In this document: positions 1 through 7,446 of the stretch, in pieces
How positions within the stretch are numbered: position 1 is the first letter of the stretch
Layout of the letters: every line of letters begins with the position of its first letter
NCBI GenBank assembly: GCA_045627925.1
Contig: JAZQOS010000075.1
Coordinates: 4,938 to 68,937 of the forward strand
Origin: Kiritimatiellia bacterium
Lineage (GTDB): Bacteria > Verrucomicrobiota > Kiritimatiellia > RFP12 > UBA1067
Direction of reading: 5' to 3'
DNA: 64,000 bases
Translations under genes and position numbers: made by a program
The notes under the pieces: model-generated
Database searches by the model: none
What the model was told of the DNA's origin: nothing
What the model saw: the letters and a program-made list of their open reading frames with translations, nothing else

Positions 1-157
1 CTCTCCTCGGCTCGTTATGGACACCGATTTCGAGGTTTTGGCTTCGGCGACATATCGCTTCAGCCCGATAGCGGGCGCAACTGCCACCCGCCGATGTCAA
101 AGATCAATGTATGTCTATTATACCACACCGCCCCCACCAACGGCAAATGCAATTTGT

Positions 158-175
158 AAATAGCCCGGCTACGCA
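158..175. repeat. Direct repeat copy 1 of exact 18-mer AAATAGCCCGGCTACGCA (copy 2 at 818-835)
   Basis: Exact 18-nt match read at 158-175 and 818-835. The two copies bracket the palindrome-rich non-coding block. Confidence 0.75.
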
Positions 176-278
176 ATTCAATATGCCTCCGATAGCAAAA
201 CGACATACTACCGCGAACAAAACCGAATACCGCCAAGGCAAAAAGCATATATTGCTATGGCAAAGACAAAATACCCTT

Positions 279-449
279 GGGGTAAAGAGCTCCGTGGTAA
301 CGGGTAAGTAGAGAAACGCGCGCACTTCTTAAAGAAACGCGCGCGTTTGTAGGTAGTAACGCGCGCGTTTGTGCGAGAAACGCGCGCGTTTCTTTCCCTA
401 CCCCTTAACACCCTACCTACTTACCCCTTAACGGCGAGCTCTTTACCCC
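279..449. repeat. ~170-bp imperfect inverted repeat
   Basis: Left arm is GGGGTAAAGAGCTCcgtggtaacgggTAAGTAG. The reverse complement of the right arm is GGGGTAAAGAGCTCgccgttaaggggTAAGTAG. The arms enclose the GC-core palindrome array. I accept no ORF here. Confidence 0.7.
314..391. repeat. Array of four GC-core palindromes (AAACGCGCGCGTTT) phased 21-22 bp
   Basis: Perfect 14-bp palindromes lie at 335-348 and 378-391. Degenerate copies start at 314 and 357. Centre-to-centre spacing is 21, 22 and 21 bp. Confidence 0.8.
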
Positions 450-685
450 ATAGGCGAGATGGTTCGCTCCGAGGCGCTTGCGCCCAGTTGCGGAACGAGA
501 AGACGATAAAAGTCGTTTCGGGCACTCATTTGCGCGTTGTAGCCGCCGAAAAACTTGTTTTGAGGGGCGAACGTAAGTGAGCGAAGCAAAAGAGTGACGC
601 TATTATCGCCTTCGAGCGACGCCTCTGTTGGCAAAAAGCTCGACCCGTTATCCCCTTTTGATCGACCTCGCCGACGGGTAGGACA

Positions 686-797
686 AAAGTGGTAAACGGG
701 TAAGACCAAAAGTGGTATACCACTTTACCCCTTACCCGTTAACGGGTTTTCGAAAAAGGGTATACCCTTTTTCAAAAAAAGGTATACCACTTTTGCC
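686..797. repeat. Array of five dyad sites phased 22-23 bp (GGTATACC-core palindromes plus CCCGTTAACGGG)
   Basis: Units are AAAGTGGTAAAC (686), the perfect 18-mer AAAGTGGTATACCACTTT (709-726), the perfect 12-mer CCCGTTAACGGG (735-746), the perfect 20-mer AAAAAGGGTATACCCTTTTT (753-772), and AAAAGGTATACCACTTTT (about 777-794). Centre spacing is 23, 23, 22 and 22 bp. Confidence 0.8.
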
Positions 798-817
798 TTT
801 TACCAGCGGAGGTCGTA

Positions 818-835
818 AAATAGCCCGGCTACGCA
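818..835. repeat. Direct repeat copy 2 of 18-mer AAATAGCCCGGCTACGCA
   Basis: Exact match to 158-175. Confidence 0.75.
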
Positions 836-889
836 TTTTCCAAGCGGAAAGCCGAGGCGAAAAAGCACATCTTCCGCTCCGAGGTGACG

Positions 890-1106
890 CTATTTGGTTA
901 AATCGACGACTTCGAGCTTAAAAAGGCGCTTAACGGCTTTGGCGAGCGCGCTGACGCCAAAGGTCTCGGTTGCGTAATGCCCCGCGCATATCATCGCCAT
1001 CCCGACGTTCTCGGCCGCAATCTTCTCTCCCCAATCCGCCTCGCCGGTAACGTAGACTTCGCAGCCGAGCGCCTTCGCCTCTTCCGCGAACGCACCCGCG
1101 CCGATT
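890..1106 (-). pseudogene. Displaced duplicate of the 3' end of the Nif3-family gene (paralogous to 5158-5372)
   Basis: About 205 bp align to 5162-5372 with about five mismatches by eye. It encodes only the C-terminal ...MICAGHYATETFGVSALAKAVKRLFKLE.VDL tail and has no upstream gene body. Similarity stops abruptly at 1106. Confidence 0.85.
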
Positions 1107-1443
1107 CGTGCAAATAACTCTTCCCGACCGTATTGCCGCTTCGGGCAAAAAGCAAATCCCCGTCGCGGAGAAAATATTGCGGCTCAACATTTGCCGCGGT
1201 CATCCCCAACCCCGACAGCAATTCCCCATTCTCGTCAATGTCGGTAATACGAATGTAACGCGGCGTTGCTTCATCCATCCGCTCAATGCCTGCCTCTCCC
1301 GCACCGTACTCGGGCGGTTCCGAAAGCAAAGAGCCCATCTTAACGGCGGGATAACGAAAACTTGCCGATCGACGTTTGAACGCGACATACTTTGGATCGA
1401 ACCGATCGAAGAGTTCATGCGGCTTGGCGATGAAAGTTGTCAT
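1107..1443 (-). pseudogene. hsdS: Truncated type I restriction specificity subunit (HsdS), first target-recognition domain only
   Basis: MTTFIAKPHELFD...PRYIRITDIDENGELL...YFLRDGDLLFARSGNTVGKSYL is a typical HsdS TRD. The frame then runs into the Nif3-duplicate DNA at 1106 and yields Arg-rich nonsense. ORF 991..1500 is therefore chimeric. Confidence 0.75.
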
Positions 1444-1602
1444 TTCGCGCCTCCCCTGATCCGTGCTTCTACACGTGCCGTAGTGCAACAATAGTGACAC
1501 AACAATTGGTCACACGATGTGTGACGTTTTCGAGGCATTCCATAAACGGGCCAAACATGCCATAAGAATCTCGGCGAACACCTATACATTTCGATGTCCT
1601 TT

Positions 1603-2673
1603 CTATCTCCCGATCTTTACCGAGACATTGGAATCTATCATTTTCGCTCCTGCCGCCCTTACCGCACGCTGAAGTTTTGCCCGCAGCACGCTTTCCTTCG
1701 GCAATTCGGTAAAAAACTGAGCAACGCGAACATCCCCCTGATCGAGCATAAGATATTCGATGTGTTCTGTATTCCCCTCTGAACAAAGAATCAATCCGAT
1801 CGGGCTTTCCTCGCCTTCGCGGCGCTCGTTCCTGTCAAGCCAGCGCAAATACAGTCGCATCTGTCCTTCATATTTCGGCTTGAATTTGCCGAGCTTAAGA
1901 TCGATCGCGATCAACCGTTTCAGCGAACGGTGGTAGAACAGCAAATCAATGCGATAATCAGTCGAATCTATCGTGAAACGATGCTGACGCCCGACAAAAG
2001 CAAAGTCCGTTCCAAGCTCGGACATAAATTCCTGTATTTCGTTCAGGATCGCACTTTCAAGATCCGACTCAGCGAACTCCCCCTTTAGATTCAGAAAATC
2101 AAGGACATAACTGGATTTGAAAACAACATCCGGCGTAGGCATTCCTCTCGAGCGAATTTCCGCTAATTCTTTCCGTACCAGCTTCTCGGGCTTCCTGGAA
2201 ATCGCCGTCCGCTCATAAAGCATGCCGTCCATCTTCTTCTCAAGCATCCTTGTCGACCAATGCTCCAACGCACACAGGGAAAGGTAGAAATCGCGTTTAA
2301 GCGCATCTTTCTCAGCCATGATCATCTTGAGATGCGTCCATCCCAATTGTGACCGCACTGCGGACACAATCTGCTCTTTCGAGAAAACGTCCGCACTGCG
2401 GACACAATGCTGAATCTTTCTCAAACCCCAACCACTCCCAAACTCGGCAGTCAGCTTCTCCGAAACAGTCTTTTGCACTCTCTCACCATATCCCGCACGA
2501 TGATTCTTCATCAGGTCGACTTTGATGCGACTGCCAATCGACCAATACAACATCACCGCCTCGGCATTCAGGGAAACAGCCGCGCGAGACTGCGCAGAAC
2601 GAATCAACTTACGAAGATCGGCCATCAACGAAGAGCCGATTACAATTCCCGAGATTCCCATGTCCTTCGCCAT
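1603..2673 (-). CDS. DUF1016/YhcG-family PD-(D/E)XK nuclease domain protein
   Basis: 356-aa ORF. The C-terminal core is YRIDLLFYHRSLKRLIAIDLKLGKF (D...D/E-x-K). The N-terminal helical region is typical of YhcG. It lies between hsdM and hsdS and its start overlaps the hsdM stop. Confidence 0.8.
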   Translation of the reverse strand: MAKDMGISGIVIGSSLMADLRKLIRSAQSRAAVSLNAEAVMLYWSIGSRIKVDLMKNHRAGYGERVQKTVSEKLTAEFGSGWGLRKIQHCVRSADVFSKEQIVSAVRSQLGWTHLKMIMAEKDALKRDFYLSLCALEHWSTRMLEKKMDGMLYERTAISRKPEKLVRKELAEIRSRGMPTPDVVFKSSYVLDFLNLKGEFAESDLESAILNEIQEFMSELGTDFAFVGRQHRFTIDSTDYRIDLLFYHRSLKRLIAIDLKLGKFKPKYEGQMRLYLRWLDRNERREGEESPIGLILCSEGNTEHIEYLMLDQGDVRVAQFFTELPKESVLRAKLQRAVRAAGAKMIDSNVSVKIGR

Positions 2674-4814
2674 TACAATCCCTCCCCGTTCGCATCTTTG
2701 ATGAACTTCGCAAGTTCGGCGCCGATTTCGTCCAGCTCATTAACCTTGGTCGGCTTGCCGGTCGCGTCAAAGCCAATGTCCTCGGCAATCGCCATGAAGA
2801 TGGCCTCGTCCGGCCAGGCGCTCCCCGCGGCGGACTTGTATTCGGAATCCAGCTTGTCGCGCAATTCGACGGTCGCCTTTTCCGCAACCGCGGCAATCTG
2901 ATCCGCCGCCGCCTTGTATTCGGGGACCTCCTTGCGCTCCTTCGGCTTGAGCGCGGCAAATTCCGTCCGCTTGTCGAGCTTTGCCAGCTCCGCCTTGCGG
3001 GTCTTGTCGATCTCCGCAAGCCGCTCGACCAGCTTGCCCTTCTCCGCGATCTTGCGCTGGAGGGACTCCTTACCCGCCCGCAGCTTCTCCGTCTCGCGCT
3101 TCGTGCGCTTGCGAAGAAATAGCACCGAGCTCTTCACGCCCGCGCCCGTACTCATGAACGTGGTCTGCGGAAGCGACACCACCGCCAGCACGCGGAACTT
3201 CTCCATCAGCCAGTCACGAACATACTGAAGCGAGGCATTAGTCAATATCCCGTCCGGAATGACGATTGCTAAATAACCGCCTTCGACGAGGAAATGCCAG
3301 CACTGCTCGATGAAGAGAATCTCTGACGACACGCCCGGACGTTGCGCCGCCTTAGACTTCGGATTGAGCCAATCCACCCCACGCTCCGCAAGTCCATACA
3401 ATCCCAAGTAGGCATGCTCCGTCTGCTTGATGGTGGAACCGAACGGCGGATTGGTGATGATGCAGTCAAAGCTCTCGTCCTTGAAACCCCTGTTCCCGCT
3501 CTTGGCCGCAATATCGCCAATCGGCTGAAGGCCGTCCGCAGCCACGACATTCGTGTGCCCGTCGTCGTGGATGATCATGTTCATCTTAGCCGTCCTGGCA
3601 ATCTGCTCGTTGATCTCAATGCCGAAAAGACGCTCCTGCGCGAACCCATGCCAGCTCTTGTAACAGCCGATTGTCGTTGCGCCGTACTTCTTCTCCGCCG
3701 TCTTACGCACCTTGTCGAGCGCATGCAGAAGGAATCCGCCGGAACCACAGGACGTATCCAGCACCCGCCAAGCGCTGGTAATCGGCAGCACATCGACAAT
3801 GAACTTCACCACCGCCCGAGGCGTAAAGAACTGTCCGAAGTTGCCGCGGAAGAAGGACGTCATGAACGTCTCAAAAGCTCGACCTTTCGAATCCAAATCC
3901 GTCTCGGTCAGGTTGACATCCTCAAGATAGGAAACGACCGTGCGGACCTTCGCTGGCGAAAGCCGGATGTCGTCCTTGAACACCTCAGGGGCCTGTTTGC
4001 GACCCTCGGCATACAGGTCTTTCAACCGCTTCAGGAGTGCCTCGTTCGTTTGCTCCTGCGTATCTTCGGTGATGATCTGAAACGCATAGGGATCGCCATC
4101 TTCGCGATCTTCCTTGCGCTCATCCCAAATCTTGCAGAAGATCAGCTTGTCGAATTCATCAAACGCATCGGACGGGTTCAGCTCACCACCGCCCCATAGT
4201 GCTTGATGCGCCTGGGCGAAGCGGTGCGTCAGTTCGCCCTCGGCCACCTGCTTCAAGGCAAATGTCTTCTGCCCATGCTTATTCAATCCGCCATTGACGC
4301 CATAGCGGTACTCCGAAATGTACATCGACCCGAAGCGCGGGATATCCGCGACCGTCTTGCGGGCCTTGGGTTTCTTGTCGGGGACTTCGTAATACTCGTT
4401 CTTGATCCCGGACGTTGTCCAAACGTACTTCGCGCCCTCGGACACCGCATAGCTGAACGCCTGCTCAACCGCCTGACGAAACTCGGCCTCGGATACCTCC
4501 TCCTTCTTGCACTCGACAATGATGATCGGCGACTCGTGCTTGGCATCGGCATAAACCTCAATATCGGCCTCACGCAAAGATGACCCAATCGTCACCGGCG
4601 CAAACAGCCGGATGCGGTCATCGGGATATCCGTACTGCAGCACAAGCGTCAGATAGGCCTTCACCTCAACACTCGCCTCCGGCTTCGTCCAATCGCGCGA
4701 AATCCCATGCCGGAGATACTCAACCCGCCTCCCATCATCGCTGATGCGAATCATCTTCTTCGCCTCGCCCTGCTCAATCAAATCATCAACTTGTGCTATC
4801 AGTTTCTTTTTCAT
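2673..4814 (-). CDS. hsdM: N6-adenine DNA methyltransferase (type I HsdM-like) with N-terminal HSDR_N/PD-(D/E)XK-like domain and C-terminal coiled-coil extension
   Basis: 713 aa. Motif I is VLDTSCGSGGFLL and motif IV is ITNPPFG. The N-terminus carries EADIEVY...IIIVECKKEE, resembling the type I R-protein N-terminal domain. A Lys/Glu-rich coiled segment lies near the C-terminus. Confidence 0.85.
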   Translation of the reverse strand: MKKKLIAQVDDLIEQGEAKKMIRISDDGRRVEYLRHGISRDWTKPEASVEVKAYLTLVLQYGYPDDRIRLFAPVTIGSSLREADIEVYADAKHESPIIIVECKKEEVSEAEFRQAVEQAFSYAVSEGAKYVWTTSGIKNEYYEVPDKKPKARKTVADIPRFGSMYISEYRYGVNGGLNKHGQKTFALKQVAEGELTHRFAQAHQALWGGGELNPSDAFDEFDKLIFCKIWDERKEDREDGDPYAFQIITEDTQEQTNEALLKRLKDLYAEGRKQAPEVFKDDIRLSPAKVRTVVSYLEDVNLTETDLDSKGRAFETFMTSFFRGNFGQFFTPRAVVKFIVDVLPITSAWRVLDTSCGSGGFLLHALDKVRKTAEKKYGATTIGCYKSWHGFAQERLFGIEINEQIARTAKMNMIIHDDGHTNVVAADGLQPIGDIAAKSGNRGFKDESFDCIITNPPFGSTIKQTEHAYLGLYGLAERGVDWLNPKSKAAQRPGVSSEILFIEQCWHFLVEGGYLAIVIPDGILTNASLQYVRDWLMEKFRVLAVVSLPQTTFMSTGAGVKSSVLFLRKRTKRETEKLRAGKESLQRKIAEKGKLVERLAEIDKTRKAELAKLDKRTEFAALKPKERKEVPEYKAAADQIAAVAEKATVELRDKLDSEYKSAAGSAWPDEAIFMAIAEDIGFDATGKPTKVNELDEIGAELAKFIKDANGEGL

Positions 4815-4866
4815 TCGGATTACTTCTCGCCTTGCTGTATTTCGCCGTACTCAAATAGATGCGTAT

Positions 4867-4875
4867 ATTATATCA
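4867..4875 (-). promoter_or_regulatory. Extended -10 element TGATATAAT upstream of the hsdM-like gene
   Basis: The reverse complement of 4867-4875 reads TGATATAAT, about 50 nt upstream of the ATG at 4814. No good -35 was found. Confidence 0.45.
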
Positions 4876-4943
4876 AAATCATCTTAAATTTTGACATCTC
4901 TTTCACATCGCGACGATATTTTGGTAAATATTTTATGCCAAAA

Positions 4944-5087
4944 TGCACTTTCAAAAGTGCATCCAAGCACTTGAGGATTTCCATCCATGCACTTTTCGAA
5001 GTGCATACATGCACTCGATAAAGTCCTTGTATGCACTTTCCAAAGTCCATGGTAGCACTTTCAAAAGTGCATGGATGGACTTTTGAC
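4944..5087. promoter_or_regulatory. Array of 6-7 dyad sites (TGCACTTT-NN-AAAGTGCA) at exact 22-bp phase (44-bp tandem unit)
   Basis: Strong sites start at 4944, 4988, 5032 and 5054. Degenerate in-phase sites start at 4966, 5010 and 5076. The array lies in the 343-bp gap between the hsdM-like start and the Nif3 stop. Confidence 0.75.
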
Positions 5088-5157
5088 TACCTTTTTTCGC
5101 ACCTAATAGACCGAGCGACCGCGAAGGTCTCGTTGCGGAACGGAAGGACGCTATTAT

Positions 5158-5817
5158 TTAAGTTAAATCGACGATTTCGAGCTTAAAAAGGCGCTTAACG
5201 GCTTTGGCGAGCGCGCTGACGCCAAAGGTCTCGGTTGCGTAATGCCCCGCGCATATCATCGCCATCCCGACGTTCTCGGCCGCAATCTTCTCGCCCCAAT
5301 CGGCCTCGCCGGTAACGTAGACTTCACAGCCGAGTGCCTTCGCCTCTTCCGCGAACGCACCCGCGCCGCCCGAGCAAACGCCGATTTTCCTGCCGTATTT
5401 ATTTACGCCGGTTACCCCGATTACATTACCGTGGTAGTTGAAAGCGCGCTTCAAGTTCCTAAGCCCCAAGTAGCGAGCGAGATTGAAGTTATTCCCGTAC
5501 TTCGCGTGGGCGTCGAGCGGCAAATGCGACGCGTAAACGGCAAGGTCGGCGTCGAGCGCCGCCTTGACTACGTTGTAGACGCCGCCTTGAATCCGCTTAA
5601 TCCCGCCGCCCCACGAAAGCCCGTGGTGTACGACGAGCAGTTGCGCACCCGCCTTGGCGGCGGCGCGAACGGATTTTAAACTCGCATCGACCGCAAAGGC
5701 GACGCGCTTTACCTCGCGAGATGAATTGGCGACTTGCAGCCCGTTATTGGAAACGTCGTCGAACTTGTCGACTTCGAGCAGTTTATCGAGCGCGGCGACT
5801 ATCTTTTCGAGTTTCAT
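5158..5817 (-). CDS. Nif3-family dinuclear metal centre protein (GTP cyclohydrolase 1 type 2 homologue)
   Basis: MKLEKIVAALDKLLEVDKFDDVSNNGLQV...LLVVHHGLSWGG...GHYATE is characteristic of Nif3/YbgI. The start was chosen at the MKLEKI Met, which makes an ATGA overlap with the upstream small ORF. Confidence 0.85.
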   Translation of the reverse strand: MKLEKIVAALDKLLEVDKFDDVSNNGLQVANSSREVKRVAFAVDASLKSVRAAAKAGAQLLVVHHGLSWGGGIKRIQGGVYNVVKAALDADLAVYASHLPLDAHAKYGNNFNLARYLGLRNLKRAFNYHGNVIGVTGVNKYGRKIGVCSGGAGAFAEEAKALGCEVYVTGEADWGEKIAAENVGMAMICAGHYATETFGVSALAKAVKRLFKLEIVDLT

Positions 5818-6023
5818 ATAATTGCGAGCCCCACGGCGAGAATCGTCAGCAAAAAGGCGACGAGCTTCTTCCACGTCGGCGTTTTTCCCGCGTTCTCGCG
5901 AATATTGAAGAGTTTGGCGACTCCGCGCAAGGCGAGGGGAATGCGGCCCGGCGGAGTGGCGAGCGCCGCGGCGACGCCCACGAGCAGCATCACCGCGACT
6001 ATTCTCGCGATTTCACATATCAT
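5814..6023 (-). CDS. Small hypothetical membrane protein (two predicted TM helices)
   Basis: 69-aa ORF with two hydrophobic stretches. It fits exactly between the gspF stop (6031) and the Nif3 start, with an ATGA overlap. No recognisable family. Confidence 0.45.
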   Translation of the reverse strand: MICEIARIVAVMLLVGVAAALATPPGRIPLALRGVAKLFNIRENAGKTPTWKKLVAFLLTILAVGLAII

Positions 6024-6030
6024 CTTCGTC

Positions 6031-7335
6031 TCAGCCGGCGGCGCCGGAAACGGAGGAGATGATCTTGATCATCGGCAGGAACATCGCAATTACGATCGTT
6101 CCCACGACCACCGCAAGTACGATGATGAGCGCCGGCTCGATCGCCGCCGTCATACCCGCGACCGCGTTATCGACTTCGTCGTCGTAGGTGTTGGCGATGC
6201 GAGTAAGCATATCGGCCAAAGCGCCGGTTTCCTCGCCGACCTCGACCATCGAAACGACCATCGGCGGAAATACCTTGCACTGCGAAAGCGGCTGGGTCAT
6301 CGACTCGCCCTCTTTCACCGAATCGTGGACCTCTTGAATCGCCTTGGTAAGTACGCGATTGCCCGTCGTATCGCGGGTAATCATCAGCGATTGCAGAATC
6401 GGCACGCCCGAGGAGAGCAGCGTTCCGAGCGTACGGGTGAACTTCGAAACCGCCGAGCGCTGCGCCAGCGTTCCAGTAACCGGCATCTTCAAGGAGAGCG
6501 CATCGAAGAAGTAGGCGCCCTTCTCGGTCTTCGCGATCATCTTCTTAATGACGACGAGCGCGACCACGACCGCAAGAATCTGCAAGCCATTGGTCTGCAC
6601 GAACTTCGAGGCGTTGATAACCGCGACGGTAATCGGCGGCAAGGCCGCGCCGCCGAGCATGTCGTTGAAGACCTGCTCGAATTTCGGAATTACCGTGTAG
6701 AGCAAGAATCCGGTAATGCCGATCGCGGCGAAGAGAACGACGATCGGGTAGATCATCGCGCCCTTGACCTTGTTCTTGATCTTCTCGCTCTTCTCGGCGA
6801 ATTCCGCGAGACGCCCCAAGACGACTTCCAATACGCCGCCCGCTTCGCCGGCCTTCACCATGTTGACGTAAAGCTTGTCGAAGATCTTCGGATACTGGGT
6901 CAGCGACTCGGAGAAGGTTCCGCCGGAGGCGATGTTGTCGGAGATTCCGTCCAGCGCCTCGCGCATCTGCGGATCCTTCATCTGGCGCTTCAAAACCTCG
7001 ATACCCCGCATAAGCGGGAGCCCCGCGTTAACCAGCGTCGCGAGCTGGCGAGTGAACTGGGTAAGGACCTTGGTCTTAATCTTGCCCTGCAGGAATTTGG
7101 GGAGCTTGAGATTGATGTTGATCTCTTTATTAAGGACGCCCTTCTTCGGCGCGGCCTTCGCCTTGGCGGGCGCTTTCGCCTCGGGAGCGGCGGCGGACTT
7201 CACCTCGCCGAGCGCGGTCGGCATTAGTCCTTGCGCGCGCACTGCCGCAATCGCCGAGTTGCGATCGCCGGCTTCGACCGTTCCCCGGCTTTCGTTGCCG
7301 GAGGAGTCCTTCGCAATATACTGAAACGTCGCCAT
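6031..7335 (-). CDS. Type II secretion / type IV pilus platform protein (GspF/PilC family)
   Basis: 434 aa with two GspF-type repeats. N-terminus is MATFQYIAKDSSGNESRGTVEA. Also ...QLATLVNAGLPLMRGIEVL... and ...LLSSGVPILQSLMI..., with three TM segments. Confidence 0.9.
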   Translation of the reverse strand: MATFQYIAKDSSGNESRGTVEAGDRNSAIAAVRAQGLMPTALGEVKSAAAPEAKAPAKAKAAPKKGVLNKEININLKLPKFLQGKIKTKVLTQFTRQLATLVNAGLPLMRGIEVLKRQMKDPQMREALDGISDNIASGGTFSESLTQYPKIFDKLYVNMVKAGEAGGVLEVVLGRLAEFAEKSEKIKNKVKGAMIYPIVVLFAAIGITGFLLYTVIPKFEQVFNDMLGGAALPPITVAVINASKFVQTNGLQILAVVVALVVIKKMIAKTEKGAYFFDALSLKMPVTGTLAQRSAVSKFTRTLGTLLSSGVPILQSLMITRDTTGNRVLTKAIQEVHDSVKEGESMTQPLSQCKVFPPMVVSMVEVGEETGALADMLTRIANTYDDEVDNAVAGMTAAIEPALIIVLAVVVGTIVIAMFLPMIKIISSVSGAAG

Positions 7336-7354
7336 GTTCGCCTCTCCCGTTTGT

Positions 7355-7428
7355 TGGTTGTCCCGCCTGGATTCGAACCAGGACTAAAGGTATCAAAAAC
7401 CTCTGTGCGGCCAATACACCACGGGACA
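7355..7428 (-). tRNA. tRNA-Gln (anticodon TTG)
   Basis: The reverse complement folds as TGTCCCG-TG-GTGT..GCAC-A-GAGGT-TTTTGAT-ACCTT-TAGT-CCTGG-TTCGAAT-CCAGG-CGGGACA-A-CCA. It has U1:A72 as in bacterial tRNA-Gln, and CCA is encoded. Confidence 0.9.
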
Positions 7429-7446
7429 ATCCGCTTGTAGAGAGTA

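Noticed and set aside
111-311. 66-aa plus-strand ORF and other small ORFs in the first 900 bp
   Set aside because: No RBS and odd composition. They run across the repeat and palindrome structures. I could not support any as coding.
487-510. Similarity of GTTGCGGAACG... at 487 to 5132-5156 as further evidence of repeated integration
   Set aside because: Only an 11-mer is exact, followed by patchy matches. Many 11-mer coincidences are expected in a 64-kb window, so it is not used as evidence.
991-1500. 169-aa ORF taken as an intact gene
   Set aside because: It is a chimera. Residues about 20-131 are an HsdS target-recognition domain. At 1106 the frame enters the duplicated Nif3 DNA in the wrong frame and gives Arg-rich nonsense. 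It is annotated instead as a truncated hsdS pseudogene.
1107-5157. Search for an integrase, recombinase or transposase inside the island bounded by the Nif3 duplication
   Set aside because: None of the six-frame ORFs in this interval shows tyrosine or serine recombinase or DDE motifs. The island is therefore described as decayed, or the integrase lies outside the window.
5734-7227. 497-aa plus-strand ORF
   Set aside because: It is antisense to the well-supported GspF/PilC and Nif3 genes. The translation is low-complexity and Arg/Asp/His/Gly-rich, typical of a shadow frame in high-GC DNA. It has no RBS or family motif.
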